Part shown: positions 1-10,987 of the stretch, in pieces | Layout of the letters: the number at the start of each line of letters is the position of its first letter | Position numbering within the stretch: position 1 is the stretch's first letter | NCBI GenBank assembly: GCA_937877545.1 | Contig: CALFJE010000093.1 | Coordinates: forward strand, 27,519 to 91,518 | From: an uncultured Selenomonadales bacterium | GTDB lineage: Bacteria; Bacillota; Negativicutes; Selenomonadales; Selenomonadaceae | Direction: 5' to 3' | Length of the DNA: 64,000 nt | Notes under the pieces: generated by a model | What the model saw: only the letters and a program-made list of their open reading frames with translations | Told to the model about the DNA's origin: nothing | The model's database searches: none | Translations under genes and position numbers: made by a program

Positions 1-1682
1 AAGTTTTCAATCTTCACGTCACGCTCGGCAATCTGCGCGTTTAGAGTTTCAACCTGCGCGGCGTGGCTGGCGTTAAGGTCTTCAATCTGCGCGGCGTGGT
101 TTGCGTTGAGGGTTTCAATCTGCGCGGCGTGGTTTGCGTTGAGGTCTTCAATCTGCGCGGCGTGATTTATGTTGAGGTTTTCAATCTGCGCGGCGTGATT
201 TGCGTTAAGGTCGTCAATATGGGTGTTGAGGTCGGCAATATTGGCGGCGCGACGATTATTTTCCGCAACGAAATCTTTAATCGTCTGTTCGACAATCGCG
301 GGGTAATCTTTTTCCAACTCGCCCGAAATCTCAAAAGTCACGTGCCCCGCCGGTTCGTCAACGTTGAAGATAAATTGCGGGTCGCTCGTCCAAAATCGAC
401 GAAAGCCGCCGACATTCTCGCCCGCGTTCCCGAAAAATTTATCGACGGGCTTGCCGTTAATCGCGACGCGGCTTATCTTGACGGAAATAAAATCGGTATC
501 GGGGTCGAAGCGCAGAATTTTGGTCGGCTTATCGAGGTCGAAATCAAAACGTCCGTAGAATCTTTGTCCCATATCGACACTCAGGGTTTCTTTCGCCATA
601 CGGAAATATTCGCCGTCGAATTGGGCAAAAACTTCCGCACGCATCATGGAAAGCTTTTGGGCAAGATTGAACACGTCATAGGAGCCGCCGTCGCGCAGAA
701 AGCTTTTCTCGTCGTAGCCGTAGAGCGTCTTAATTTCGGCGGCATTGGCGGGACTGTTGAGCAGATTTTTCAAAATGGTCAAGCCCGCGATTTGGAAGGC
801 GGCAAGGTTTTTGTCCAGGCAAATTTTCGCGAAGGCAAAGCGGCGATTGATTTGCCCGTTGACGACAAAACGCTCGGCTTCGGGGAAAGTGTCCAGAAAA
901 AATTTGTTGTCCGTGAAATTGTAAACAAACTCCTGCGCCACGAAGTAAAATTCCAAATCTGCGCGGACAAGCTTTTCAAAGGAGGTCGCCGAAGTATTTT
1001 CCTGCCGCGAACGCCGTAATCTGAATTGAGTGAGCCGCTCCGGGAAAATAAAAATATCCGCGTGCGAACACAGGCGAATCCACATCAGATAATCGGGCAA
1101 CTGCCAAAAGCCTTGCACGTCAAGCAAGTGATATTTTTCGTAAACCTCGCGCCGCACCACCGCCGACGGGTGACAGAGACAATTCCCGTTGTGAAAAAAA
1201 TGATTGAGCCACTCGGCTCGCGAACGATTCGGCTGGTCAAAAATGCTTTTGTACGAATCGCCCTCGTCAAGCTCGCGAACGTTGCCCGCCTCGTCGACGA
1301 AATCAACCCACGTAAAACACGCCGCATAATTCGGCTTGCCGTCGAGGAATTTAACTTGCTTAGCCAACTTATTGGGCGTCCACAAGTCGTCGGAGTGATG
1401 CACCGCGATATACTTGCCCCGCGCAGAGTTCACGGCGTCACGAATCGCAATGACGGGACCGCGATTTTCGGTGTACAGGAACGTCTTGATTCGCGGGTCG
1501 TTGAAACGCTTTATAATTTCACGGCTGGAGTCGGTCGAGCCGTCGTCAACAATCAGCAACTCAAAATCGGCAAACGTCTGATTGAGCACGCTGTCAATCG
1601 CCGCCGCCAAATACGCCGCATGATTGTAGCTCGTCAATATCACGCTGACCTTGGGATTTTTCTTAGCTTTCGCCAAAGCCAT
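1..1682 (-). CDS. Family-2 glycosyltransferase with a C-terminal 11-residue-repeat coiled-coil tail; 3' end runs off the window
   Basis: Absent from the ORF track because there is no stop in the window. Reverse translation from ATG at 1682 (GAGAGGAGA RBS upstream) gives MALAKAKKNPKVSVILTSYNH...LLIVDDGSTD, a GT2 signature. Frame checked open around 1000-1050 and at nt 1-60 (..AQVETLNAQIAERDVKIEN). Confidence 0.8.
   Translation of the reverse strand, partial: MALAKAKKNPKVSVILTSYNHAAYLAAAIDSVLNQTFADFELLIVDDGSTDSSREIIKRFNDPRIKTFLYTENRGPVIAIRDAVNSARGKYIAVHHSDDLWTPNKLAKQVKFLDGKPNYAACFTWVDFVDEAGNVRELDEGDSYKSIFDQPNRSRAEWLNHFFHNGNCLCHPSAVVRREVYEKYHLLDVQGFWQLPDYLMWIRLCSHADIFIFPERLTQFRLRRSRQENTSATSFEKLVRADLEFYFVAQEFVYNFTDNKFFLDTFPEAERFVVNGQINRRFAFAKICLDKNLAAFQIAGLTILKNLLNSPANAAEIKTLYGYDEKSFLRDGGSYDVFNLAQKLSMMRAEVFAQFDGEYFRMAKETLSVDMGQRFYGRFDFDLDKPTKILRFDPDTDFISVKISRVAINGKPVDKFFGNAGENVGGFRRFWTSDPQFIFNVDEPAGHVTFEISGELEKDYPAIVEQTIKDFVAENNRRAANIADLNTHIDDLNANHAAQIENLNINHAAQIEDLNANHAAQIETLNANHAAQIEDLNASHAAQVETLNAQIAERDVKIEN
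48..212 (-). repeat. Five tandem 33-nt units (+ strand TTCAAYCTGCGCGGCGTG.. unit), encoding LNANHAAQIE(D/T/N) in frame inside the GT2 CDS
   Basis: Unit starts at 48, 81, 114, 147 and 180. Degenerate copies at about 27-47 and 213-245. The period of 33 nt equals 11 codons. Confidence 0.9.
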
Positions 1683-1697
1683 TCTCCTCTCTGTCGG

Positions 1698-1767
1698 TTA
1701 GGAATTAGGAACTAGGAACTAGTAAAACCTGTTCCCTGATTCCTGATTCCTGATTCCTAATCCCTGC
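1698..1767. repeat. Inverted arrays of 7-nt units forming a long imperfect hairpin between the fabH-like stop and the GT2 start
   Basis: TTAGGAA TTAGGAA CTAGGAA CTAG - taaaacc - TGTTCCC TGATTCC TGATTCC TGATTCC TAATCCC. The AGGAAY and RTTCCT arms are complementary. Confidence 0.85.
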
Positions 1768-1789
1768 TTAGAATACTTTTTACGGTGGC

Positions 1790-2794
1790 TTATGTCAAAT
1801 TTCCAATGGCAGAAAGGTCTGCGATACAGCCCGCCCAACTCAAGCCCACGCCGAAGCCCGCCAACATGACGCGTTGCAAACCTGCCGCGCCGTGAGCCTT
1901 AACAACCTGCTCAATCGCCAACGGCACGCTGCCCGATACGATGTTGCCCGTGGTCTCTATGTCGTTGTGAAACGGCACGTCGTTTAAGTTCGCCTTATCG
2001 CGCAGGTAAGTCATCATGAACTTGTTGGCTTGGTGGAAAATGCAATAGTCCAAGTCGGCGCGGGTAATTTGCGCGGAAGCAAGAACGTTATCGACGAGCT
2101 TTGGAATTTCGCGGAGCGTGAAGTAGGTTATCGCCATGCCGTCCATAAAGACTTCGTAGTTGGAGCGGGTGTTGTGATTGTCGTCGGTGGTGAAGACTTC
2201 GGGATTGTCGCGGGGCGGATACTTACTGCCGCCGACGGGAATTATCAGCTTATCGTAACGCGAACCGTCAGAGCCGAACACGAACGCCTTCAAGCCTTCG
2301 GTATCGCCGCCGTCGAGCCAAGTGGCAGTAGCTCCGTCGCCGAACAGCGGGCGCGCCGACTTATCCGCCGTGTTGATATACTTGCTGTAAACGCTTGACG
2401 TAAGGAACAGCACATTTCGGACAAGCCCCGCCTCAATTAAACCCTTGGCAACGGCAAGCCCGTAAACGTAGCCCGAACAGCCCAGCCCGATGTCCAAACT
2501 CCCGACGCCTTTGCTTAAGCCCAAGCGGTCTTGAATCTGCGCGGCGGTGTGCGGCATCTGATAATCGGGGTGTTGCGTGCACAGCAAGATAAAATCCGTC
2601 GCGTGGCGGTCAAGCCCGTATTCGGCAAAAAGTTTCTCGGCAGCTTCCAATGCCAAATCGCCCGCAGTCTCCGCCGTCACGACGTGCCGACTTTTCACGC
2701 CGATTTTCTTCATGAATCGCGCCTCAACCAAGCCGTCGTTTTGCTCAATCTGCGCGGGCAAGTAAGAGCTTATCGCCCGTATCCTCGCAAACAT
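1790..2794 (-). CDS. 3-oxoacyl-ACP synthase III-like (FabH/KAS III family) condensing enzyme
   Basis: 334 aa. Catalytic Cys context GLGCSGYVYGL, His motif IFHQANKF, Asn motif TGNIVSGSVP. Family-typical length. Confidence 0.8.
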   Translation of the reverse strand: MFARIRAISSYLPAQIEQNDGLVEARFMKKIGVKSRHVVTAETAGDLALEAAEKLFAEYGLDRHATDFILLCTQHPDYQMPHTAAQIQDRLGLSKGVGSLDIGLGCSGYVYGLAVAKGLIEAGLVRNVLFLTSSVYSKYINTADKSARPLFGDGATATWLDGGDTEGLKAFVFGSDGSRYDKLIIPVGGSKYPPRDNPEVFTTDDNHNTRSNYEVFMDGMAITYFTLREIPKLVDNVLASAQITRADLDYCIFHQANKFMMTYLRDKANLNDVPFHNDIETTGNIVSGSVPLAIEQVVKAHGAAGLQRVMLAGFGVGLSWAGCIADLSAIGNLT

Positions 2795-2818
2795 TTAATC
2801 GCCTCCCCAATCACGAAT

Positions 2819-2849
2819 AAACCCCGAGTAGCCGGCTCGGGGTTTTTTT
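2819..2849. terminator. GC-rich hairpin CCCCGAG-tagccgg-CTCGGGG flanked by an A-run and a T-run
   Basis: Stem 2822-2828/2836-2842 with T7 at 2843-2849 on the + strand. On the - strand (direction of rfbD) the hairpin is followed by TTTATT. Orientation of function is uncertain. Confidence 0.5.
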
Positions 2850-2895
2850 ACGATATTACCATTTCGACAAGTGTAGCTTTTTCGATTAACAGAGG

Positions 2896-3741
2896 TTATT
2901 GATTCAGCTCGACCAAGTAGCGTTTGAGGGCGTCTTGCCACGTCGGGAGCCGCTCAAAGCCCGCCTCGTCCAAACTCTTTTTGCTAAGTCGCGAATTGAA
3001 CGGTCTCCGCGCAGGTGTCGGATATTCCATTGTCGGGATACCTTCGACTTCGACGTCCTTGCCGGCTTGCGCGAATATTTCCCGTGCGAACTCAGCCCAG
3101 GAGCAAAAGCCCTCGTTGGTCGCGTGATACGTCCCGTATTTTTCCGAAGCCGCCATATCCGCCAGCAAACGCGCCAAATCTACCGTGTACGTCGGGGAGC
3201 CGATTTGGTCGTTGACGACGCTGATTTTGTCCTTGGTTTCGGCGAGGCGCAACATCGTCTTGATAAAGTTGTTGCCGTTGATACCGAAGACCCAGCTCGT
3301 GCGAACGATAAAGTGCTTGTCGTCGACCATGGCGCAAACCGCGTCCTCGCCGAGGAGCTTGCTGCGCCCGTAGACGTTGACGGGCTTTTTCTCGTCGTTG
3401 ACCTCGTAAGGGATATGCCCGTCGCCGCCGAAGACGTAATCGGTGCTGATATAAATCATCTTTGCATCAATTTCGTGGCAAGCCTCGGCAACCCAGCGCG
3501 TGCCCAAGCCGTTAATAGTCAGCGCAAGCTCCTGTTCGCTCTCCGCCTTATCTACCGCCGTGTACGCCGCGCAGTGAATAATCGTGTCGGGCTTCTTTGC
3601 CAAAATGAAATCCTTTGCGCCGTGTTCGGTCGTCAGCTCCAGTTCCTCCAGCGAGGGCGCAACGTATTCCACGCCGCGTTTTGTCAGTTCCTTTGCCAGG
3701 TCGTAGCCCAGCTGTCCGAGTATTCCCGTTATCAATACCAT
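2896..3741 (-). CDS. rfbD: dTDP-4-dehydrorhamnose reductase
   Basis: 281 aa. N-terminal Rossmann motif VLITGILGQLG, YGRSK (YxxxK) motif, RmlD-family length and layout. Confidence 0.85.
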   Translation of the reverse strand: MVLITGILGQLGYDLAKELTKRGVEYVAPSLEELELTTEHGAKDFILAKKPDTIIHCAAYTAVDKAESEQELALTINGLGTRWVAEACHEIDAKMIYISTDYVFGGDGHIPYEVNDEKKPVNVYGRSKLLGEDAVCAMVDDKHFIVRTSWVFGINGNNFIKTMLRLAETKDKISVVNDQIGSPTYTVDLARLLADMAASEKYGTYHATNEGFCSWAEFAREIFAQAGKDVEVEGIPTMEYPTPARRPFNSRLSKKSLDEAGFERLPTWQDALKRYLVELNQ

Positions 3742-3742
3742 T

Positions 3743-6211
3743 TTATTTAGCCTCCTTAACTACCACGTTGATTAACTTGTTCGGCACCGCGATTATTTTC
3801 ACGATACGCTTGCCCGCCGTAAGCTCCGCGATTTTGGGCAATGTCGGCGCAAGTTTCTCCAAATCCGCCTTGCTCAAGCCCACAGCCACTTTGACGTGTT
3901 CGCGCACCCGCCCGTTGATTTGGACGACGATCTCGACTTCCTCCTCCGTTATCGCCGAAGCGTCGAAGGGTATCCAACTCTGCTTGTGCACGTCGCCCGC
4001 GAAGAATTTACTCCAAAGCTCGGCGGCTATGTGCGGCACGAACGGCGCAAGCATTATCAGCAACGCCCGCGCCGCCTCCCGCGCCAACGTCGCGTTTATC
4101 GGTTTGTCTTGGAAGGCGTGCATTGCGTTGACCAGCTCCATGAGTGCGCTAATCGCCGTGTTGAACGCAAAGCGGTCGCGAATGTCCTCGGTGACTTTTT
4201 TAATCGTCTTGTGGAGCGTCCGCCGCAACGCCGTTTCCTCGTCCGTCAAAATCTGCGCGGAGTCCTTGTCGAAATTGGCGGCGAAGATGTTCACGATACG
4301 CCAGACGCGATTTAAAAATCTGAACGAACCTTGAACGCCCTCGTCGCTCCAATCCAAATCGCGCTCGACGGGTGCCGCAAACAGGATAAACAGCCTTGCC
4401 GTGTCCGCGCCGTACTTGCCGATAATTTCTTCGGGCGATACCACGTTGCCCAGAGACTTCGACATTTTTGCGCCGTCCTTGATAACCATGCCTTGGGTAA
4501 GCAGATTGGCAAAAGGCTCGTCGTAATCCAAAAGCCCGGCGTCGCGCAAAACCTTCGTGAAGAATCTGGAATACAGCAGGTGTAAAATCGCGTGCTCAAT
4601 GCCGCCGATATATTGGTCGACGGGGCTCCAGTAATTGACTTTATCGCGGGCGAAGGGTAACTTATCGTTGTGCGGGTCGGTGTAGCGCATATAGTACCAG
4701 CTCGAACAAATGAACGTGTCCATGGTGTCGGTTTCGCGGTGAGCGTGACCGCCGCATTTCGGGCAGGTGCACTCGTTGAAGGTTTTGGAAGTCGACAGCG
4801 GACTCAACGCGCCCTGCTTAAACTCCACGTCTTCAGGCAGGAGCACGGGTAAATCTTCTTCGGGGACGAGGACTTCGCCGCACTTGTCGCAATAAATCAC
4901 GGGAATGGGCGCACCCCAATAGCGTTGCCGACTGATGAGCCAATCGCGCAGACGATAGTTGACCTTACGCACGCCGAAGCCTTGAGCCTCCGCCTCGTCG
5001 ATAATCGCGCCGATAGCCGCGTGCATCTCCATACCGCTGAACTTGCCGGAATTGACTAGGACGCCCTCCTTGTCGACGTAAGCATTGGTTTGAGCCGCGA
5101 AGTCAAGCGGGGCTTTGGGATTGTCGATAACCCAGATTTTATCCAAACCGTATTTGGTGGCGAACATCCAATCGCGCTCGTCGTGGGTGGGGACGCCCAT
5201 AACCGCGCCCGTGCCGTATTCAAACACGACGTAATTGGTAACCCAAATCTGAACCTTGCCGCCGTTGAAGGGGTTGACGCAGTAAACGCCCGTGAAAATG
5301 CCCGCCTTTTCCGATTCGGAGCTGGTGCGTTCAATGTCGCTTTGAGCGCGGGCGTGTTCGCAGAAGGCTTTAATCTCGTCGGCTTTAGCGGACACCGCGC
5401 AGATTTTATCAACCAGCGGGTGTTCGGGAGCCAGAGCAAGGAACGTCACGCCAAAGGCGGTATCGGGGCGCGTGGTGTAGACGGAAATTTTTTCGCCGAG
5501 GTCGGGAACGTCAAAGAAAAATTCCAAGCCCTCGGAGCGTCCGATCCAATTCTCCTGCATAATCTTGACGCGATTTGGCCAGCCCGTCAGCTTATCCAAA
5601 TCCGCAAGGAGTTCGTCGGCATAGGCGGTTATCTTGAAGAACCACTGCGCCAAATTTTTCTTGTGAACGTCGGAGTCGCAACGCCAACACTTACCGTCAA
5701 CGACCTGCTCATTGGCAAGGACGGTACCGCACTTATCGCACCAGTTGACGGACGCCTCCTTTTTGTAGGCAAGCCCGCGCTTATAAAACAACTCGAAGAG
5801 CCACTGCGTCCAGCGATAATAATCTGCGCGGCAAGTCTCGACCTCGCGCTCCCAATCGTAGGCAAGCCCCATAGCCTTTTGCTGAGCTGTCATGTTCTTG
5901 ATATTGGCGAACGTCCAATCGCCGGGCTTTACGCCGTGAGCAATGGCGGCATTTTCGGCGGGCATACCGAAGGCGTCAAAGCCCATGGGGTGCAGGACGT
6001 TGAAGCCAGCCATCGAACGGTAGCGGGCAACCACGTCGCCGATTGAGTAGTTGCGCACATGACCCATATGCAAGTTGCCTGACGGATAGGGGAACATTTC
6101 CAGCGCGTAGTATTTGGGGCGCGAGGCGTCCTCGGTCGTGCGATAGTAGTCGGGCGCGTCCCAGACGGCTTGCCATTTGCGCTCGACTTCCTGCGGATTG
6201 TATTTCTCCAT
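3743..6211 (-). CDS. leuS: Leucyl-tRNA synthetase
   Basis: 822 aa. Class I motifs [15 protein letters not shown] and [10 protein letters not shown]1 editing region, zinc CxxC pairs. Confidence 0.97.
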   Translation of the reverse strand: MEKYNPQEVERKWQAVWDAPDYYRTTEDASRPKYYALEMFPYPSGNLHMGHVRNYSIGDVVARYRSMAGFNVLHPMGFDAFGMPAENAAIAHGVKPGDWTFANIKNMTAQQKAMGLAYDWEREVETCRADYYRWTQWLFELFYKRGLAYKKEASVNWCDKCGTVLANEQVVDGKCWRCDSDVHKKNLAQWFFKITAYADELLADLDKLTGWPNRVKIMQENWIGRSEGLEFFFDVPDLGEKISVYTTRPDTAFGVTFLALAPEHPLVDKICAVSAKADEIKAFCEHARAQSDIERTSSESEKAGIFTGVYCVNPFNGGKVQIWVTNYVVFEYGTGAVMGVPTHDERDWMFATKYGLDKIWVIDNPKAPLDFAAQTNAYVDKEGVLVNSGKFSGMEMHAAIGAIIDEAEAQGFGVRKVNYRLRDWLISRQRYWGAPIPVIYCDKCGEVLVPEEDLPVLLPEDVEFKQGALSPLSTSKTFNECTCPKCGGHAHRETDTMDTFICSSWYYMRYTDPHNDKLPFARDKVNYWSPVDQYIGGIEHAILHLLYSRFFTKVLRDAGLLDYDEPFANLLTQGMVIKDGAKMSKSLGNVVSPEEIIGKYGADTARLFILFAAPVERDLDWSDEGVQGSFRFLNRVWRIVNIFAANFDKDSAQILTDEETALRRTLHKTIKKVTEDIRDRFAFNTAISALMELVNAMHAFQDKPINATLAREAARALLIMLAPFVPHIAAELWSKFFAGDVHKQSWIPFDASAITEEEVEIVVQINGRVREHVKVAVGLSKADLEKLAPTLPKIAELTAGKRIVKIIAVPNKLINVVVKEAK

Positions 6212-6230
6212 TTAAAAACCTCCTAATTCC

Positions 6231-6476
6231 CTACATAACCGTTTTGATGACTTTAAGATAGAACGTGAGCAACAACAGCCCCGGCACGCCGAAGATACCG
6301 ACTATCAGCGCGTGAATGAACGTGATTTTAATCATGATAAGCCCCGTCATGTTAACGAGGTAGAGAATGACCGCGCCGATTATGCTGTTCCAAATGATTT
6401 TCAGCGGCAATTCGATAAAAAACTTGAGCGCGACGATTATCAAGATACCCGCCGCCAAGCCGATGATTATTTCCAA
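6231..6476 (-). CDS. Small two-TM membrane protein, BofA-like (pro-sigmaK processing inhibitor family)
   Basis: 81 aa, very hydrophobic. ..IIGAVILYLVN....ALIVGIFGVPGLLLL resembles the BofA family pattern. Confidence 0.5.
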   Translation of the reverse strand: MEIIIGLAAGILIIVALKFFIELPLKIIWNSIIGAVILYLVNMTGLIMIKITFIHALIVGIFGVPGLLLLTFYLKVIKTVM

Positions 6477-6510
6477 AGCAAGAGCCTCCTTTACCCGATT
6501 TTGTCATGCG

Positions 6511-6519
6511 TGCTATAAT
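6511..6519 (+). promoter_or_regulatory. Extended -10 element TGcTATAAT upstream of the LigB/AMMECR1 gene
   Basis: TGCTATAAT at 6511-6519, about 27 nt before the ATG at 6546. Weak -35 TTACCC at 6491-6496. Confidence 0.5.
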
Positions 6520-6545
6520 AGGCAAAATTTTTGGAGGTGTCAATC

Positions 6546-7937
6546 ATGAGCATAATTGGAGCGGCGGCAGTCCCGCACCCGCCGATAATTTTGCCGGAGA
6601 TAGGACGCGGCGAGGAGTCAAAAATCGCGGCGACGACGGCGGCTTATAAGGAGGTGGCACGGCGAATCGCGGAGTTGCAACCTGAGACGATTGTAATCAC
6701 CAGCCCGCATTCGATAATGTACGCGGACTATTTCCACATATCGCCGGGCGAATCGGCGGCGGGCAACATGGCACAATTCCGCGCTCCGCAAGTGGAGTTG
6801 GCTGTCCATTACGACGTGGAGTTTGTCAGCAAGTTGACGGCGGCGGCAATGTCGGAAGACATACCGGCGGGCACGCTCGGCGAACGCAATTCGTCACTCG
6901 ACCACGGCACCATGGTTCCGCTCTACTTCCTGCAAAAGGCGGGCGTGGACTTAGACAAGGTTAAATTCCTGCGTAGCGGGCTTAGCGGCTTGACGAACAC
7001 CGCGCATTACAAATTCGGGCAAATCATTGCCAAGACCGCGCAGACTTTGAATCGGCGGGTATTCTTCCTTGCCAGCGGCGATTTGGCGCACAAGCTCAAG
7101 GGCAGTCACTACGGCTTTGCGGAGGAGGCTCCCGTCTTCGACGAACAAGTCATGAACAATTTGGGCGGCGCGGATTTTCTGAGCTTGCTGACCATGAACG
7201 AGAAACTTTGCAATCGTGCGGCTGAATGCGGCTTGCGGAGCTTCTGGATAATGGCGGGCGCGTTGGACAGGCATAGCGTTCAGGCTGAGCGTTTGTCTTA
7301 CGAGGGGACGTTCGGCGTCGGCTACGGCATTGTTTATTTCAATGTGGGCGAGGCTGATTCGACGCGCAACTTTGCGGTGCAACTTGCCAAAGTCAAGCGA
7401 CACGAGTCGGAGCAGCGCAAGGCTAACGAGGACGCGTTTGTCCGTTTGGCGCGATACAGTTTGGAGACGTTCGTCAATACGCACAAGCCCGCCACATTGC
7501 CCGACGATTTGCCTGCCGAGCTTATGAATCGTCGAGCGGGCGCGTTCGTGAGCTTGCACAAGGGCGGCAATCTGCGCGGGTGCATTGGTACGATAATGGC
7601 GACGCAGGACACTTTGGCGGAAGAGATTCTGCAAAATGCGATAAGTGCCTGTTCGCGAGACCCGCGCTTTGACCCCGTGACGGCGGGCGAGCTTGACGAT
7701 TTGGAGTACAGCGTTGATGTCCTCGGCGAGCCGGAGCGTATCTTCGACGTTAAGGCGTTGGACGTTAAGCGTTACGGCGTCATCGTGGAAAACGGCGGGA
7801 GGCGCGGCTTGTTGTTGCCCGATTTGGAGGGCGTCGACACGGTCGAGGAGCAGATAGCCATTGCCAAGCGCAAGGCGGGTATTCGTCCCGACGAAAAAGT
7901 TTCCCTTTGGCGGTTCGAGGTCATTCGCCACCATTGA
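6546..7937 (+). CDS. Fusion of a LigB/Memo-like class III extradiol dioxygenase-type domain and an AMMECR1 domain
   Basis: N-terminal half: [36 protein letters not shown]-terminal half: [26 protein letters not shown] (AMMECR1). GGAGG RBS before the ATG at 6546. Confidence 0.8.
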   Translation: MSIIGAAAVPHPPIILPEIGRGEESKIAATTAAYKEVARRIAELQPETIVITSPHSIMYADYFHISPGESAAGNMAQFRAPQVELAVHYDVEFVSKLTAAAMSEDIPAGTLGERNSSLDHGTMVPLYFLQKAGVDLDKVKFLRSGLSGLTNTAHYKFGQIIAKTAQTLNRRVFFLASGDLAHKLKGSHYGFAEEAPVFDEQVMNNLGGADFLSLLTMNEKLCNRAAECGLRSFWIMAGALDRHSVQAERLSYEGTFGVGYGIVYFNVGEADSTRNFAVQLAKVKRHESEQRKANEDAFVRLARYSLETFVNTHKPATLPDDLPAELMNRRAGAFVSLHKGGNLRGCIGTIMATQDTLAEEILQNAISACSRDPRFDPVTAGELDDLEYSVDVLGEPERIFDVKALDVKRYGVIVENGGRRGLLLPDLEGVDTVEEQIAIAKRKAGIRPDEKVSLWRFEVIRHH

Positions 7938-7947
7938 GGAGGGCGGT

Positions 7948-9924
7948 ATGAACAAATTTAAAGTCATGTCGACGTTCCGACCGACGGGCGACCAACCTCA
8001 AGCGATAGAATCATTGGCGGCGGGCGTCGGCGACGGGCTAAGGTCTCAAGTACTTTTGGGCGCGACGGGCACGGGCAAAACCTTCACGATAGCCAAAGTT
8101 ATCGAGCGCGTTCAGCTGCCCACGCTGGTTATCGCCCACAACAAGACGCTTGCCGCCCAACTTGCCGCCGAGTTCAAAGCCTTTTTCCCCGATAATTACG
8201 TCGGCTACTTCGTCAGCTACTACGATTATTATCAGCCCGAAGCCTACATTGCCGCCACCGACACCTACATCGAAAAGGACGCCGCCATTAACGACGAGAT
8301 TGACCAAATGCGCCACTCCGCCACGTGCAGTCTTTTTGAGCGGCGCGACGTTATCATTGTGGCGAGCGTCTCCTGCATTTACGGCTTGGGTTCGCCCGAA
8401 AGTTATTATAAGCTCCTGCTCCACCTGCGCGGCGGGCAAGTCATTTCCCGCGATAAGATTTTGCGGCGGCTGATTGAGATTCGCTACAAGCGCAACGACA
8501 TGATTATTAAGCGCGGCAACTTCCGAGTGCGCGGCGACGTTATCGAGGTGACGCCGGCGGGTTATAACGGGCGGGCATTGCGCATTGAGCTTTTCGGCGA
8601 CGAGGTAGATAAAATTTCCGAGTTCGAGATTTTGACGGGCAAAGTTATCGGGCGGCGCGACGAGGTTTTTATCTTCCCCGCTTCGCATTACGTCACGGAC
8701 GTTGAGGATTTGGAGCGGGCGGAACAAGCCATACGCGCCGAGCTGACCGCGCAGGTTGAGGTTTTCACGGCGGCGGGCAAGCTTATCGAGGCGCAACGGA
8801 TTGAACAACGCACGCGCTTTGATTTGGAAATGATTCGGGAAATGGGCTATTGTTCGGGCATAGAAAATTATTCGCGACACTTGACGGGCAGAGCGGAAGG
8901 TTCGCCGCCTTTCACGCTGATTGACTACTTCCCCGAAAAATTCTTAACGGTTATCGACGAATCGCACGTGACGCTTCCGCAACTGCGAGCCATGTACGCG
9001 GGGGATAAATCGCGCAAGTCTTCGCTGATAGAAAACGGCTTCCGGCTACCCAGCGCACGCGATAACCGCCCGCTGACTTTCGACGAGTTCAACGATAAAA
9101 TTTCGCAGATAATTTACGTTTCGGCGACGCCTGCCGAATACGAACTTGCCGAATCGCAAAACACCGTTGAGCAAATCATACGCCCGACGGGCTTGCTCGA
9201 CCCCGTGGTAGAGGTGCGCCCGATAGCGAATCAAATCGACGACCTCATATCGGAAATCAATCTGCGAGCGACGGCGGGCGAGCGCGTCCTAATCACGACG
9301 CTGACGAAAAAATTCGCCGAGGAGCTGACGGATTATCTGCGCGGCGTCAAAATACGTGTGCGCTACATGCATTCGGACGTGGTGACGCTTGAGCGGGCGG
9401 AGCTGATTCACGACCTGCGAGCCGGCAAGTTCGACGTGCTTGTCGGGATAAACTTACTGCGCGAGGGATTGGATATGCCGGAAGTGTCGCTGATAGCGAT
9501 ACTGGACGCGGATAAGGAAGGCTTCCTGCGCTCCGAAACGTCGCTGATACAGACAATCGGGCGGGCAGCGCGGAACGTCAACGGCAAAGTGATTTTATAC
9601 GCGGAGCGGGTAACGGATTCGATGCGTCGGGCAATGGAGGAAACGGCGCGGCGGCGGGCGATACAGGAGGCTTACAATAAAAAATTCCGCGTGACGCCGA
9701 GGACGATTGAAAAGCCGATAGCCCCGCTGATTGACTTGCCGCTTAAAAAATCGACAAAGAAACCGCAATCGCCGAGCGAGCTTATAAAAAAATTGACGCC
9801 CGCGCAGAGACGCAACCTGGTCAAAAGTTTAACTTCGGAAATGCAAGCGGCTTCGCGAGCGTTGGAGTTCGAGCGAGCCGCCGAGCTTCGCGACATAATC
9901 TTAAAGTTGGAAGAACACTTATAA
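7948..9924 (+). CDS. uvrB: Excinuclease ABC subunit B
   Basis: Start at [20 protein letters not shown] (RBS GAGGAGGG). Walker [20 protein letters not shown]-terminal UVR motif FERAAELRD. Confidence 0.97.
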   Translation: MNKFKVMSTFRPTGDQPQAIESLAAGVGDGLRSQVLLGATGTGKTFTIAKVIERVQLPTLVIAHNKTLAAQLAAEFKAFFPDNYVGYFVSYYDYYQPEAYIAATDTYIEKDAAINDEIDQMRHSATCSLFERRDVIIVASVSCIYGLGSPESYYKLLLHLRGGQVISRDKILRRLIEIRYKRNDMIIKRGNFRVRGDVIEVTPAGYNGRALRIELFGDEVDKISEFEILTGKVIGRRDEVFIFPASHYVTDVEDLERAEQAIRAELTAQVEVFTAAGKLIEAQRIEQRTRFDLEMIREMGYCSGIENYSRHLTGRAEGSPPFTLIDYFPEKFLTVIDESHVTLPQLRAMYAGDKSRKSSLIENGFRLPSARDNRPLTFDEFNDKISQIIYVSATPAEYELAESQNTVEQIIRPTGLLDPVVEVRPIANQIDDLISEINLRATAGERVLITTLTKKFAEELTDYLRGVKIRVRYMHSDVVTLERAELIHDLRAGKFDVLVGINLLREGLDMPEVSLIAILDADKEGFLRSETSLIQTIGRAARNVNGKVILYAERVTDSMRRAMEETARRRAIQEAYNKKFRVTPRTIEKPIAPLIDLPLKKSTKKPQSPSELIKKLTPAQRRNLVKSLTSEMQAASRALEFERAAELRDIILKLEEHL

Positions 9925-9960
9925 AAAAGCAGCCCCGACGTTTAGCCGAGGCTGTTTTAA
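9923..9960. terminator. Bidirectional hairpin between convergent uvrB and the 9975-10859 gene
   Basis: AAAAAA-GCAGCC..GGCTG-TTTT. The stem is short and imperfect. Confidence 0.5.
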
Positions 9961-9974
9961 TTTTCCGCGTCGAA

Positions 9975-10859
9975 TTATTTTATCGAGTTCAGTTCGCAAC
10001 GAAAGCCGAATATTTCTTCCAGCTGTTCCCTCGTGATGTCATCGGAAGTCAGCGGCGTTTGATTCTTGATTTTGACGGTCTGGTCGCCCGCGTTCTTCGT
10101 CAATATGAAATGCGAAAATTCGTGGCGATAATAGACGAAAGCGTTATCGGCGATATTCTGTTGAAACATGTCCTCGGAAAAAGTCAGCCCGTTCCGCTCA
10201 ACGAACCTTTTTATACCGAGCTTAGCCTTGTCGTGCGGGAAGGTGTAAATGCACAGGAACGGGAGATTTTTTGCAACCGAAGACTTAAAGATAATGGAAC
10301 CCAAAATGCTGTGATAGCCGACGCCCTTAAAATGGAAGAAGGGATACAGCTCCCCCTGGACATAGCGATAACCCCTGCAATAGCCGTAGCCCATTACGCC
10401 GGGGCAATCGGCAACTTTGCTGTGCATGTCGGCGATGGCGTCCTTGTACAGGAAATCGTCGAAGTCAAAGCGGGATTGTATGACATAGTCGTAATTGTCC
10501 ATTTCCTGCGCGATTATGGAGGGCAATTCGCTTGCCTTGTACTTCAAACGCCAATCTGTCACGTCCTTGGGCATGTACATGAATCGGCATTCCAGCGAAA
10601 GTTCGGCGCAAATATCTTTCAGCGTCGCGGCGATGAATTCGTACTTCTTGTCCTCGGCAAAGCGGGCGTTCAAGATAAACAATATCTCGAAATTCTTGTT
10701 CGTCCGGTTAGCCAGCGAGCGTAAGCCGTTGTTCCGCGCCAATGTCAAATTCTCTGCCAAAAAGTCTGCGTCAAAAATATCTTGCGGATAAGCGGGGTCG
10801 TAGAACGAAAAGAATCGCACAAGAATCAGATGCTTAATCGTCTTTTCTTCAGCGTGCAT
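9975..10859 (-). CDS. Hypothetical protein, possibly glycosyl/rhamnosyl-transferase-like
   Basis: 294 aa from ATG 10859 (GGAGG RBS). Starts MHAEEKTIKHLILVRFFSFYDP. The function guess rests only on a weak resemblance to putative rhamnosyltransferase families. Confidence 0.55.
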   Translation of the reverse strand: MHAEEKTIKHLILVRFFSFYDPAYPQDIFDADFLAENLTLARNNGLRSLANRTNKNFEILFILNARFAEDKKYEFIAATLKDICAELSLECRFMYMPKDVTDWRLKYKASELPSIIAQEMDNYDYVIQSRFDFDDFLYKDAIADMHSKVADCPGVMGYGYCRGYRYVQGELYPFFHFKGVGYHSILGSIIFKSSVAKNLPFLCIYTFPHDKAKLGIKRFVERNGLTFSEDMFQQNIADNAFVYYRHEFSHFILTKNAGDQTVKIKNQTPLTSDDITREQLEEIFGFRCELNSIK

Positions 10860-10921
10860 AATCCTTACCTCCTCAAGCGTAAAATTTAACATAACTGTCA
10901 AGCGCGTTTCTGAAAAAATCT

Positions 10922-10951
10922 TTGTACAAAATCGGCGGGTTGTGGTATCAT
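10922..10951 (+). promoter_or_regulatory. Sigma70-type promoter for the kinase/partner-switching operon
   Basis: -35 TTGTAC (10922-10927) and extended -10 TGgTATCAT (10943-10951). Confidence 0.55.
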
Positions 10952-10987
10952 TGCGAAAAAATTTTAGGCTGATTGTGAGGCAACACA

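Noticed and set aside
48-212. 33-nt direct repeats considered as a possible CRISPR array
   Set aside because: The units are contiguous with no spacers, the period is a multiple of 3, and they read in frame as an 11-residue protein repeat. No cas genes are present.
63-1715. Long + strand ORFs 63-1019 and 1026-1715 from the track
   Set aside because: They are antisense shadows of the minus-strand GT2 gene, whose translation gives clear GT2 motifs. The + translations are low-complexity, Arg/Val/Gly-rich, and lack an RBS.
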